Of a DNA stretch of 64,000 nucleotides, positions 39,800 to 54,390 are shown piece after piece. Below the pieces are notes generated by a model. The model did no database searches. It had not been told where the DNA came from and saw only the letters and a program-made list of their open reading frames with translations. Made by a program: the position numbers and the translations under genes. Source of the DNA: Rotaria socialis (taxonomy: Eukaryota); the NCBI GenBank assembly GCA_905331295.1, contig CAJNYD010000025.1:62001-126000 (forward strand), read 5' to 3'. How positions within the stretch are numbered: the first letter of the stretch is position 1; the number at the start of each line of letters is the position of its first letter.

Positions 39800-40390
39800 A
39801 TATTTAATTTTTGTTTAAACAAAAATTATCTACTCATCATATTGATGGATGAATATGAAATTTTCAACCTTTTTGAACTTATACATACATAGGTATATCT
39901 ATATGTGAAATACTCATTGTTGAGTAGGATTTTCTTGTTCGCTCTCGCGTACGTTTGTGACTCTTTTGCGTCATTGATATGCTCTCTTTTTCTCTTTTGG
40001 ACGGTAGTGAAGATGATGAGACTGCTTTTATAAAATTGTTTGTTTTTTATACTAGACTAGGAAATAATTGATTTTGTTTTTGTCTTGCGTGTGAACGAAA
40101 AAGAAACAAAATATATGATTGTTTGATTTTTAATTGTTTTTGTCTCTTTATTATCTGCGCAATTTAACAAAGAAAGTAAGAAAAACAAATTTACTGATAT
40201 AACTTATGCCGTTTGTACATGAATCATTTGCTAAACGGATATTAATTATATATTACTGTAGTTGACATATTGTGATTGAGAAATAAGCACTCAACATATG
40301 TTAGCATAGGCCAATAGTTGTTGACATATAAAAGGACCGCAGAGTTCTATTTTCTTTCTGAAAAATAAAACAGATACTGTGAGTTTCTCA

Positions 40391-41173
40391 ATGTCGATGT
40401 ATTTCACTACAGTTTTCTTCATCATTGTTAATTTCGTATTGAGTTCGAATGGTTATGATCTTTATCCAAGTTATAATTTAACAGTTGATCCAATCAAAGC
40501 CTTGGAATGGTCAGAGAATAGTGCACTTGCTTATATAACAACTGTTCGACTATTTGATTATGATCATCATATATTTCAATATCGACGTTATCCATGTCAA
40601 TATTTTTATACTGATGAGATCCAATTATTTAAAAGCAATGAGTCGTTTAGTCAATGTTCTTTTAATACAACAACAAATAATTATGAATATAGTTTTCAAC
40701 TTCATCTTGATTCTCGTCATATTGAACCATATATTTAAAAAAATATTGCTATTCAATGTACTTATATTAAGTGCAGTCTTTCATTGTTAAATATAACAAA
40801 TATATATGTTGGCTGGAATTTAAAAGGTCGAGACAATAATCCTGATTGTTCATTTGATATTAATACACCACACAATATTCTTCAAACGCCATACACTATA
40901 TCAGAATTGATTACGCTTCAATGCAAATCATCATTAGCTTGTAATCATTCAAAATTAAATATAGAGCAATTTTTTTCAACATATATTCAAATAGTATATG
41001 GTTCATCATTTGATCTTCAAATACCATATTGTTCATTAGAAAAAAGTCTTACTCATGTTATCGATACAAATTTCGCACAAACAAATGGATTTTTACAACA
41101 GCTCATTGAACTAATGAAACAAAATTCTGCCGCAAAACGTGAAGATGAACAAGTAAAAATCAAAGACTCTTAG
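40391..41173 (+). pseudogene. Intronless secreted Cys-containing protein of unknown function with one in-frame stop
   Basis: Signal-like MYFTTVFFIIVNFVLSSNG. ORFs 40379-40738 and 40784-41173 are in the same frame, separated only by TAA at 40736-40738. Confidence 0.5.
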
Positions 41174-41463
41174 TATTCTTATTTGAATTACAAAGAACAC
41201 TACAACTAACTAAACCCCATTAAAATGAATTAATCAAACGAAAGAAAGTACTTGAATAAAATCCTATTTACTTATAGTTCTCCCCGCGTGTTTTCAATAA
41301 ATAAAGAACGTCGTTTTTCATAGATTCGAGTGACATCTATGAGATTTCACCTTGATTTGATGCGTGTAATATATATATATATATGTATATATTTTAAAAA
41401 CTTGATAATAATAATATTAATAATGATATTTGTGTATTGATTAGATTGATTAGAGAATATAGG

Positions 41464-44400
41464 ATGGCTTCATTAATCAAAAACCAAATTATCAAGAAAT
41501 TGTCAAAGTGTGAAAAATAGAGTATTTCTTCTTTTATTCTAGGCTGTTTTTCTTGATTTATTTAAAGGTTTGTCAAAAATCTCTCAGCAAATCAAATTAA
41601 TTTAAGTACTATAAAAGGTGAAGGTGAATTATCGTCACTTAATCTAGATGAGAGAGCATTAGAAGATGTTACTGAACTGCCAACGTGGCTCAAAATTCAA
41701 AAAGCAACATGTGGACGAGCTTTTATTAAAGTAGAGAAGAATCAATCAGGAAGAAAAAGATAGGTTGTTCTATTTATGCTTTTAGATTCCTTGGACAAAT
41801 TTAAAAACGTTACCCATTCAATTAGTAAGGCAACATGCGAAACAAACGATTCTATATGATTTATATAATTTCTTTAGCAATTAGATGATGTTACTATTGA
41901 AATTGAAACATGTGAAAATCTCCGGGACGTACAAAATTCTTCAGGTGGCAATGATCCGTGAGAATTGAATGCAACTTTCAAACGATTTTTATATGTATTC
42001 TCGTGTAGATCTATGGGTAAATATGGTTTTACTAATCGAGTAATTGATGGAATTTCATTAACAATTACAAATCTAACATTAGTAGTAAAATCAAAAGGAT
42101 TTAAAGCATCAATTTGTGTGAGTACATATCTTATTTCATCATCATGTAAATACTGTCTAATTTTAGTTGCCGACTTTAGACATTTATAGTACAACTCCCA
42201 ATGGAAAACGAGTTGATGCATTAACCTTCACTCGACTTCGTAATGCTGCCAAAAGTTATATTCTTCTTTTTAAAGTAAAAATTAATTTCTTTTCAAACAA
42301 CGAAATAATTTCTTTTGTAATACATTGAAGGAAATATCCTGGCCCAATGCACGTATTGAAGCTTCGTCAAATGATAATAATGCTCCAGGAACTGGAATAC
42401 GTTTTATTATTAACTCATGTCAAATGAGAATCTCAATGAAAAAGAATCTTAGAGGTTTTTATTTTTGGATTAATTTTTTAAAGAAATAAATAGAATTAAA
42501 ATTTATTTATTATCATAGATAGTTCCATGATATCAGCTCGTGTTATGTTGCATTTCGATGATTTATTATCAGTTCTCAATGATGCTCAATTAAAATCAGC
42601 ATTAAATACCTATAAAGAAATAATGGAATTGATGAAACGAGCATCAGAACAGCAAAAGCGTTCTTCTGGAGACAAACTCGTTGTAAGTATTTGATTTGAA
42701 TTGTGACAGGAAGAAGATGACTGTAGTATATTCGAAGAATAATCAACAGACGGAATAGAATTGAAGGAGAAAGTTCTATTTCCGTATTGTTAATATTTCA
42801 TTGCCAGTTTCAATGAAGTCATGTAAGGAGAGAGAGCACTTCATTTACAAAACACATGAGCAATTTTCTATAGCAACAGAATAAAGGCTCGCTGTGTGCC
42901 GCATTGAAAATAGAACTGAAAAGAATATTACATATGTATATTTACAAAAGGCAACACCAGGAGTTGTACTAAGAGTCGAGTTAATCTCCGTGCTGTTTTA
43001 CAACATGATTGATGGACACTGTGACCATACTGTTCGCCTATAATTGCACATATTTTTCTTCTTCATCGTGTACCATACAAATGATAATGTTAGTTAGCTA
43101 AGTTGTCTTATCAACATCTATATTTACTGTACAATATACTTAGAAATTTCATCTCACGAAGTTTGATAACTAGAATGACGAAAATGGCAATTGTTTTTCT
43201 TCACTCTTTTTATCGTTACAATCACAGATAGAAGCGTTTAGTACCAGAAAAAATTTTATATAGCAACTCTGGAGGTAACCACTGTAATTTAATCTCATAT
43301 GAAAGTCTGTTGCTTAAAAGAGAATTCTGTACAAAAGTTTGAGGGGTTTATATTTAACAATGAGAAGTTTAGAATTCAAGCCTCAACGAAGAGTTTATGT
43401 AATTAAACGAATATAAAGCGGTAAACCTGACTCTTGTGGAATTAAAATGTGAAACATGGTGAAAGTGTTTTCTAGATCGATTCTATCACAGTTTGTGGCG
43501 ACGATCAGATGGAAGAATAGGTGTGAATTTCTATCCGATATCCCTGAACACTCGTTTTGCAATATGTTCTACCAAAAATTTCTTAACAGTTATCAACTAA
43601 TAATTCGTTCAAGGATAGCTGATGTCATTTGCTTTACTCTATCGAAAAAATCTTGCGAACAAAATTATTTTATTTTAAAAATAAGGCTTTTATTATTTTT
43701 TTGTTTTGCTTAGAAATTAGATCGACAACAACAATCACCAATATTTCAAGCTAAACCGTCAAGAACAGGAATTAACGAACAGGCAAGTTCAGTAAATTCT
43801 GAGCAACAAGCAAATGATCCATTTACTCGATACGATGTTGTTGAAACATCATTACATTTCAATGTTAAACGATTAGATTTGCATATGATGGCCGATTCAG
43901 ATATGCTGGGTACAAAGATAATGAATTTCATTTTCTTTTTTATATTTTATCAAAGATATGATTCTATTTTAGCTGATCGATTAGTCGAAAACGGTGCACT
44001 TCAAATGACTATTGCAAATTTATCTATCGATCATTATCCATATCATGAATTTGGATCATCAAGAAAACATTGGATAAATTATAGCGAAATTCAATCAACA
44101 AATCGTACGGAATGGATCAATAGATTACATGAAGAATGGTATGAACAACTCAGTACGGCTAAATCTTCTGTATCAAATGATGAAACATGTAAGTTTAAAC
44201 TTGTACGTGACAACGAGAGAAGAAAAGCCGCGATGATTTATTTTCAGCTATGAAATTCGAAAAAGCTCTTCGTACAAATCAAATTCGTTTATTTGAATCG
44301 TGTAGTATCTTAAATATCGACGATTTTATTTTCTATCCTGTTTCATTAAACTCGGATAAACAACACAAACGTCGTCGACCACTAATCTCATCCGATAAAA

Positions 44401-47400
44401 CATATTATCACTTACCAGACAGTTTAGGTATTATAAATGTACAACGTACTGAATACTATTATCCATCACCATATTCATTTCCTGGTAAAATCAAATAAAA
44501 GACTTTTTTTGTGTAAAGGAATGCAAATGTATTGTCTTTGTTTCTCATAGTACCAAATAGTGATTTGTATATTCACATAATGCCTCTTGTAATTCGTGTT
44601 GATTTTTCTACAATAAGTTGGCTTGATGCTTTTGTTTCAACATTATCAATAACGATAGTAATTTAGTTAAAATCAAGAAAATAACCTTATATTTTTCATA
44701 GGATAATTCTGGTGTATTAAAAACTGATGGACCAACGAACGACTTTGAACACATTGCAATTAGATTAGAAGCGATGTTGCCTAGAGTATGCTGAATTTTT
44801 CGATTTTTCTATTGTTTTTTTAGTGAAGATCTATGCTTAGATTGTTATCATTTCGGACATATTTACTAAAACACGTAAATTACAAGAAACTAAACCTGAT
44901 AAAAATCAAGCCTCTGATACATCATCAAAGAATGAAGTATTGAATCAAGAACAATATGATGTACTTGAAATGAATATTTCAAAAGTTTTAATTACAAATG
45001 CTCGGACAGAACCAACAAGTAATCGCGATAAACTTGAGAAAGATTTAGAATTATTTAAACAAACGAGTTTTTTTCAACAAACTCAATGGCCGTTTTCAAA
45101 TGAGACAACAAGTCGATTAAGTCCATTGTTTGAAAAACATCCATATGATACATATTTATATAATAATCCATTAAGTCAAAAGACTGGCAATTTACCAGAA
45201 GCAAAATCGGCTAGTACCGCACTTCACACTTATTATACAATGACAACTGATTCTTTGAAAAAAGTGAGCAATGTTCTAAAAATCTTTCTACTCCGTTGAA
45301 TTAATCTTCTTTTCTTATATGTTCTTTTTACAGTAGAATTGACTGATATTCATTGCATACCAGTAAAATACAAAGGGAATAGTATTGTATAAACAGCATA
45401 GATCAAATATATTTTAGTTAGTCAGTTCAATTCTTATAGCAAAAAGCTTCTCGGCTGTTGTGTTCTATCGGTTGATCATCGAGTGATCAGCATTGCTCAA
45501 GTTGCTGATATTAAATTTATTGGTGTTGCTTCGAGTGAACTATTCTGGAATACAATAACAAGAGAAATACTTTAGATAATGAAAATTTGTTAGGCGAGTA
45601 ATGCAAAATAGGAAATAAACGATCAAGACGAAGTGACTCGAAGAATTTATAATTTTCTTGTTGATTTTAATTTTAATTTTAATTACTGAACATACCTAAA
45701 AGAAAACTATGAAACGACTCTCTCACAAGAAAATATTTACTATGCTATATGTTTTAATATTAACTAGTTCTATCAAAAAACAATATATAGAAAAGAAAAC
45801 TCTCTAAATAATCTTTAATTCTGACAAAAGAAAACAATTCATTTTTCAAAGAAACATTCTATGTTGTCTGTATTTTCATAGTCTGCAAAATATGATATTT
45901 GGCATTTAAATGTTGAAAATGTTTATCTGGACTTTACGCCATCATCATCGTTATCAGATTCTGTTCGATTTGCAAAACAAAATATGGCTGACACTTTATC
46001 CATCACAAGTTGGATTGCACTTGATAAAATTGAAAAAAGTAATAGATTATTCATATCGTTCAATATTGCGCAAGTCCTGTTTTGTTTATTGATTAGATTC
46101 ATGGTTAAATGCTTTGTGCATTCTCGAAATTCCAGCTATATTGAAAATTTCTCGAAAACAATACACATTTATTATGCAACTAGTGGATGAATTAGGTATT
46201 TTTCTTGATGAACTTGAACGAAATAAAAATCAAACTCATTTAATTAAACAAAAACTCGCATTAAACATTTCTTCTGATGATATAAAAATAACGATCTGTG
46301 TAACTGTTCCGGCGACATTTACACTTGCTGTTATCGATGGTGTTGAAGATGCAATTATTAATCTGCCTACACCCACTCCATCAAGTTTATCTGAAACTGA
46401 TATTGAACCTATCAAGCGTGATACATCATATACAAGTGCCATCGTTGATTTAGTAACAACACCAGTAGCTATTCCTCTTAGTCCAATGAAAATAGAAAAA
46501 CCGATTACCAATAAAACTCTTGATTTATCAGCACAAAAGAAATCAAAATTTGAAGGAAGTTTTGCGCGTGGATTAGAGATGATTTCAAAAGGTTCAAGAG
46601 GTTCATCCATAGCATCGTCTATGAATATGAGTGATAATAGTGATGAAACTTCCTCACAATGGGATTTGAATGAAGAATTAGATGCTGATATTGATGCAAG
46701 TGTATTTAATAGTGATTTTGAAGAACAACAACAGCAAAAAAGTGCACGCATTGAATTAGATGATGATTCTATTAGTTTAACTGGAAAAAATTATGTTAAT
46801 ATGAGAGGATTAGAATCTGTATGTTTTATACGAAAATGAAAAAAAAAAAGAAAGAAATTGTTTTCTCCGTTTGATATAGGCTGATGGAGTATTCGTTAAA
46901 TTAAATCAAATCAATATTTGTATAACCGAAGACCATGGAAAGAATAATGATAAACAAATGTTTATTGCATGTAATGTTAAATATTTACGTGTCGATGAAT
47001 TTTCTTCATTGAAACTTGATGCAATTAAACCGAAATTGTTTGAAAATGAAAGTCCAGGTTTATTTTAATTATCTACTATAATTCAATTCTTCTCATATTC
47101 ATTTATAGATGAACTTAATAATGAAAATGTTCCACCAATAAATCTTCGTCTTGATTTTCCCAAGAGTAAAGAATCACCGCCAACTCTTACCATACATCTG
47201 CAAGATCGCTTACTAGTGATAACTAGTCACGCCATCGATGTACTCTCACGAAATCTTGAAGAAATATTTACAGTTGAAGAAAGAATTCTTAGAGAAAACC
47301 TTCCACCGAAACTTATTCCAATAGAAATTCAATTAAATAATGTGCAGATAACACTTAAAGTATGAATGCTATCTTCGTTTTCTGTCCTACGACAAAACCT

Positions 47401-49340
47401 GATAAGTTTCTTTCATGCCTTGAACAGAGTTCATATCCTTAGCTAATGATTGTCGAGATCCTGTAATTTGAGCTTTTCAAAAATAACAAGCAGTAGTAAA
47501 ATTCTTCTCAAGACCAATATGCGAAAACTTAGTTTCTAGTTTCGACTGCACAGTTTCAGATCTTTTGATTCCCTTCTGTTCTGAAGTGAGTGCCTTAGAT
47601 CTGTAGGTGCACGCCAAACTATTACCATAACTGTTTAAAAACTGTTCTTAAAAGGAAGTTACAAACCGGGATATATTCAAGAAGGAAACATGAAACTCTA
47701 GTGTCTTGACAACAATAAACCGTTAAGTTTATTTTACTTTTAGCCGCTGCATGAATTCTTAACCGTAGATACAGTTGTTCAAACGAAACCACCCATAGAA
47801 ATGATTATCGAATGTATGAATTTGCTTCGAAAAATCGATGGAAAAGTACTTATTCGAAAGACGATTAATAATGGTAAGAAATAAGTCGATAATCATTTGT
47901 TTTGACTGATTTTCAAAGGAAACTTAACATTAAAAATTTCAATTCTTATTCTTACTAATCTTCTCCGAGCGTATTCAAAGCTGAAAATTAATCCGCTACT
48001 AAAGGGTGCGGCAGAATAAATGGCCGAATAGTATTTCGTCAATAACGTCTTCATTTTTCACTTTCTAGCCTTGAAATGTTTCGCAAAGAAATCCGCCATT
48101 CAATTCTCTACAAGATCTGCATTAAGTCGTTTTTTGTACAAAGCGAAATAGAAATACAAAAAAAAGAATACTCAACATGTTCAAGAGGATCTACTTTCTT
48201 AGCTGAAAAATCGTTCTTTTAGATTTTTTTTGTTGACTAGTGATCACAAACATAAGATGATACAAGCATTTTGTAGGCCATGAAAAACTCTATTCATTGA
48301 TAATTATTTGAAAAAATTCTTTGCGCAGCCTTTCCATATATAATGATAATATTCTTTTTTCAAATTTTGGAGAACTTAGTTGTCTTGTTCTGTAGTATCG
48401 AAGCTCCTGCAAAAAGACTCATAAAAATGCCAAAGCAGCATCTTTCGCCTTCTGGTTTTCTTCATTTTGATGGGGCATGCTTACTGTGCCAAATACAGAG
48501 GAGAAAGCTGCCCTAAAATTCGCTCCTTCAATTCCGCTGGCGAAGCTAAATGACATTTGAAGCATTTTGAATAGGATTTTAAAAAAATGAGATTTTTCGG
48601 TTTTAATTTTATTCGAACGAAATTTTAGCTGCACCACAAGAAGGAACAACTTTGAAAATGTTCAAGAACATTTTGATTTTTGTTGTGTTGCTTGTTATAT
48701 TCTAAAACATGTTCTGAAATTTAATTTTAAAATAGCTTAGAAAGTAGGTCCTTCTGAACATGTTGAGTATTCGTTTTTTTGTATTTCTATTTCGCTTTGT
48801 ACAAAAAACGACTTAATGCAAATCTTGTAGAGAATTGAATGGCGGATCTTTTGCGAAAAATTTCAAGACTAAAAAATGCAAAATGAAGAATTTATTGACA
48901 AAATACTATTTGGTCATTTATTCTGCCGCACCCGTTAGTTTTGAGATCGATTCAGAAAAGCTTTGATATTTTATTTGAAAAATCTTCGATAAGATTTCTT
49001 AGCAAATCTTATCATCGAAGTTTTTTTTTGTTGAAAACTTATTACTGAAGTTAAAATATTTAATTTAGATGATAAAAAACAAATCGTTCCATCATCTGCA
49101 CAATCAAGTATTACGGACGATATTAATGGGAAGTTACAGGAATTAGAACTATTTCGCCATGAAAATGAACGATTACGTTTAGAATTAAGTAGTAATAAAA
49201 CTGAAATATCTGTTTTACGTGGTGAACGTGATAGTTTGATGCATACAATTTCGAAACTTGATATTGAATTAACTAAAGCTGAATATCAACGTCTTACTCA
49301 ACAACAACAACAACCACAGCAACAGCCAAGAAAGAAATAA
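41464..49340 (+). CDS. Bridge-like lipid transfer protein family 3 (UHRF1BP1/UHRF1BP1L/SHIP164-like), many exons
   Basis: Spliced N-terminus MASLIKNQIIKKLSKFVKNLSANQINLSTIKGEGELSSLNLDE...ELPTWLKI...IPWTNLKTLPIQL (chorein-N type), then YGFTNRVIDG and IDHYPYH. Ends in a coiled coil with stop at 49338-49340. Confidence 0.88.
48002..48935. mobile_element. Tc1/mariner-derived MITE with ~200-bp TIRs, in the last intron of the BLTP3-like gene
   Basis: aagggtgcggcagaataaatggccgaatagtattt... versus ...aaatactatttggtcattttattctgccgcacccgt. TA on both flanks (48000-48001, 48936-48937). Arms extend to ~48200 and ~48740. Confidence 0.85.
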
Positions 49341-49528
49341 TAATACTTTTATACGTAGTTTTATTATTATTAATATTAATGTGATAATCTAACGAGAACT
49401 TATTTGCGATATTTTGTGAAAATTTTTAACGGCGGTGCCTTAATCAATCTGTTTTATTTTTTCGTAATATTTTTTTTGTGAAAATACACTCATGGTTTAG
49501 GGTTAAAGTATTTTCAAATTTCATCGGT

Positions 49529-49865
49529 TTTTGTGTACTCAAAAAGTGAGTACACCCTAGATTCGGTCAGTGTCCGGCCGGCCGTTAACACGGTAACTGT
49601 TGAAAGCCTCATACAGTTGTCTTGACATTTTCTACATAGAATGATCTCATCAATACCTCAGTCGTGTTCGAAAAAGAGAAGGATCCGTCAACAAATGGCT
49701 GAGTTATCGAAAAAATTGTCGTTATTGACCAGAACATCCCTGTGGGGGGGGGGTACAGAGCTTTTTTCAAAAAAACATTTTTCTCAGTATTATTAACAAC
49801 ATAAATAAATCGCCTCAGTTTGTGCAGTACACATAACAATCGGATGCGAATCCGATGTTTTCTCA
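49529..49865 (+). mobile_element. HINE/DINE-1-like (Helentron-associated) non-autonomous element
   Basis: T-run, then 5' hairpin gtgtactca-aaaag-tgagtacac (49533-49555), gtccggccggccgttaacacggtaac core, subterminal inverted match agtacaca (~49826-49833), 3' hairpin atcggat-gcga-atccgat (49839-49856), then a T-run. Confidence 0.6.
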
Positions 49866-50203
49866 TTTATTTATGATTCTCAAATAGAAAATAATTGTCA
49901 TACTACTGTTGAAAACTAGTAGGAGTGGTGCATTTCTGTTCAAGTCAAAGAGAACTCAAAACTACCTTGAATAAAAAGATATGTACGACTAAGATGGAGA
50001 TGACAGACTATGATATGTAAGCAATAGCATTCTATTTTACCAGCTACAACAATAGTGTGGATGTGGTAAATTATTGTTGTTCTAATAAAAAACAAAACAT
50101 TCTTTACTCTGTGACAATCGAAAAAGATGATATCGACTTATTGCATATTTTTTATTCAATAATTTTTGAATAAAAATTATAAAAAACTAGGCTGTATCGC
50201 GCA

Positions 50204-50939
50204 TTAGCAGTTTTGGTGTGTTTGCGAGATACTATTTGATTTGATGCCATAGTTCGATAGAATCTTGTTCAAATTATCAACAATTGATGGTGCTAAAGTT
50301 TTGGTTCGTCTAAAAATATATCATATCAAGATATTCATTTGAGATGCATGATAAAAAGACTCGAATACTTACGAAAGAAACCAAATAAATTGCCATTTAC
50401 CAACGACGGGAATATTTTTACATGAATAGACAAGAGAATAATTTTCATAATCAGTAGCAATAACATTGTAGGAGCCTACTTGATCTATAGAGAGAGAAAT
50501 GAATAATAGAATTGATCTTTTGAAAACAAAAAAAAAATATCTGCTTACTTTGATTATCGAATTTAACTTCGAGTGCTGCAGGTTCCATTGCATTTTTTAC
50601 TCTAGCCGAACCTTTAATGCTACTGTATTTGCCAAACATATTTATTGCCTGATTCCAGACACCAACACTTCCATCATCCTTTGCTGTGTAGGTAGCATTG
50701 ACACATTTAGAGCCGAGTTCAAAGATAATAGTGTTTCGGTAGGCTTCATACCAAAGGCCAAGATACTAAATAATGTCCGAGCAATGATAGATATGAGTTA
50801 TTCGCAGTAATCCCTGGTAAAAATAACTTACTTTAGATGCATCGAAATCCTTTTGTGTAGGTACTGTTGGGCATTTACCTGCGTGTGAAATACTGCTAAC
50901 AGCGAAGAGAACAATAGTAGCAATGGCCAATGAAAACAT
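50204..50939 (-). CDS. Apolipoprotein D-like lipocalin, four exons
   Basis: Signal peptide, GKCPTVPTQKDFDASK|YLGLWYE (GxWYE), CVNATY, YNVIATDYENYSLVYSC, WFLS|RTKTL, terminal Cys. Confidence 0.92.
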
Positions 50940-53900
50940 GATTGAATTGTATGCGATACCGAATTGAGATACTCTTCTGCATTCATCTATCCGTATATAT
51001 ATATATGCAGAATTTCAGTCAGGTCACTGTTATATAATTTAGCTCGATTCATAGGCGAATTAAATGATTGACTGATAAAACAGAAAAATATCAATGCAGA
51101 CATATGAGAAGAGTCAATATTGATGATATTAATGGAGCACAAAAAATATGGCTTAGTGCAAGGATAAAGTACATTTCGATTCTAAAATGTGAAAAAAACG
51201 ATTGCATCGATTTCGTAACAAGCCATCTGATCTTTTACACAATATTTTGTTTTTCCATCACTGATACTCTTTCGACGACTTTCAAGGGACACAGACTTTG
51301 TGTATATTTGATTACGTATTCTCTGTATACTTTGTACTTTACAAAGAAACTATCGGTAAGTTCTAATGGGTTATTGTGAGGTATAGACTTTTATATGATT
51401 TGTTCGTTAACTTGAGTAAAATTCTCATAAACTAATCCTAGAAGACCAACATCAGTTTCGAATCATATTAATCATGACGTGTCAGCTACTATATTTTGGT
51501 AGGAGAAGATGGCAATTTGTAATATGCCAAAACTCATACATAAAACGAAAACAGAAATAATTGTCTTGTAATTATTATAAGTTAAATGATTTAAAACGCT
51601 CTAACCATAGAATATAGCACAACTTAATAGTTCTACTGAGAAAATTCGTGCGTACATCTTAATAATGACTTCGGTAGAAACTTCTACATAGACAAAAAAC
51701 ATCGAAATATATTATGTTAAATTATTAAAGAACATGTGTGACTACGTTGATAAACATTCTTTGCAGTTGCAAATAATATCATTTCTCAGGAAGCAATATT
51801 TAGATCTACGATTTCAAACGCAACAAACAATATATTTTAGATTCAATGAAAACTTTTAGAAACGGTAGTTAATCAATTTTAAGAGAATAGTTTCTTTTTT
51901 TTGTAAGCGCTCTACATCTCCAACTTACTGTATATTTAGAGTTGCTTTTTTGTAAAATGCCATTTTCCATGACGCTTAGTCCGAGTAAAATTCAAACGAA
52001 CCATTTCACGTTAATTCAAACTCAATGGATTTTGTGTCTTGTCCTACACTGATCACAAAGAAAGTGGTTCGGAAAAACATCCTTTACAATATTGATTATC
52101 ATGATAAAATCTATTATTTTTCCAACGCTTTTTTTTTCAACTATTTATTTGCAATTATGATTAATCACGTTTGCATTATTCTATTACATATTTTAGAAAT
52201 GAATTAATCAGAAGATCTAAATATTCTTGTGAACATAATTAGATGGCAAACATTATAATGAAAAGCGCAGTATTATTGAAATGCTCAAATGTTGCGTTAC
52301 AATCTAAACAAAGTTTCAAATATACATTATACAGATGAATCATTTGTATAACGATTATTATACAAACATTGTTGTAATTATTATCATGCCTTTCCTGTAA
52401 CTTTGACAACATTTTTTAAGGAACTTACTGTTAAAAATGGACGAGAACGATGTCAATGAGCTAGATTAAATTTTAAATAATTTCCTAATAGAATATTCTC
52501 CGCATAAAACCTTTAAATAATCTATTTCAAATAGCAGAGTTTCATTATTTTTCAAAAGCGTTGGTGTTGGTGTACTACATTGAAAGAGAAAGAAATCCGT
52601 ACATCAGTACACAAAACTTGTATCTATGAATTAAATAGTAAGACAAACCGATGATATCTTCATTTTTTTCTCAAAGAAGAAAACGACGGTACTAACTTGA
52701 ACAAATGAACAAAAGCAAGCTTTTGGTCCATAACGATATAACAACGATGTTATCCATTCGATATGCCTATCAAGTCTTCATCTTAGTATTTATTGTTAAC
52801 GACAACTAACATCATGCGACTGACGATCAGTCGTAGGTGTAAATATATAATATGAAATTTCTGACGATCCTACCAAATTATGACAATTTTCATTAGGTAC
52901 GCAATGAAAATAATAAGATTTTTCAAAATGGATATGCAATTAGGTTGTTCATTTAAATCTGAATTTGATTCGTATTAACTTCGATTAAGTGAATTACATT
53001 TTTATTGAATTTAAGCAATTCTTTTTCTCTAATATGCTACGATATTCAACAGAAATATTCGATATAGAACAGGTCTATCCTAAAAACTTGAATGGCACGG
53101 TAAAATATTCAAGTATTGAACTAAACTAGATCGATATTGCCTGTTGGTGTATGATTAAAATATGATCATATGAATATGTAAAGTAATATCGAATTGATTC
53201 CTAAAAATATTTCGAATTATTTTTGGAGGCTCTCATCGATTTCCTCATGTTATAAGGATAAATGATTATGTACAATTTATTTCACAATATTTGAAACGAT
53301 CTTTAGAGCATGTATAACAATAAAAGAAAGCACTAATTATATATAAAATATATCTATTTTTAAATCAATCATAAAAACGCTTTTCAAAAGTAATCGATTT
53401 CTTTAGAAATCGTACAGAAAGCACATATAAACATCGTTTTACATCATTGTAGAAGCTGATCGTTCCATGGTGGCAAGTCTTTACTAATGATATATATATA
53501 TATTATCAAAATCTTCGAAAAACAGCAAACTGATCGCAGATATCTGATACTACGAAGAAAGGAAGAACTTTAAATAAAATAAATAGCAGTCGCCTAATAG
53601 CTTTGCGATGAAAAGTAAAGTAAAAGCAAAGGACACCTGTCTATTTTCCTCTTTTTCATTCGCCTTTTTATAACATTTTTTCTCTTTCATAATACGATTT
53701 GAATGTAAAGATTTCTGCCCTGAGTTACGACTTTCACGTTAAATCTTTTGAAGAACACAAAACTCTCATGTGCACACAACTTTCTCATTCATTTTCGAAA
53801 AACAAACAAACCTGAAACGATTAAATCATTTCTTTTTGGTTGTCAAAGCTGAAAAAGGATTCAGTTTGTATGCTGGATGAAAACAGAATGAAAACACACA

Positions 53901-54390
53901 GCACGATAATATATCCCGTACCCTTTACATTATTCCTAACGAAAGTTTGACATCGAATTTTATATACTATAAATAACAAGTCAAGTCAAGTTGGTATTCA
54001 TAAAAGATAGTCATGAGTGAGTCAAAAAATGACAAATAATATAATGGTTTTTGAATTTTTTCCGATGCTTTTCTAGTAACATCATTGATGATGTCTATAT
54101 CTAGAGCTTGAGTCGATTACTAAAATTCATGACTACGAAGCAATGTTAGTGTAAGTGTTAAGTTGATGATGTTATTTCCAATCCAGTGAAAGTTCTTTAC
54201 TCTAACTTCATCATATTACATATATTCACCCTTACATTGTCAATCTCTCTGTTGTCATTATTTGAACAAGAAATATATAAGTTAGTAACGATACATTATT
54301 TCACTCGGTATGTTCGAACTTGTTTCCCAATTATATTTTCAGCTATTGGAGCACACCAGTAGGTGATAGAATTATTTGCAAACTGTATTG

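Noticed and set aside
46236..46751. 171-aa antisense ORF (likewise 15825-16133, 33189-33512, 41874-42221, 55279-55608)
   Set aside because: Shadow ORFs on the opposite strand of real coding exons.
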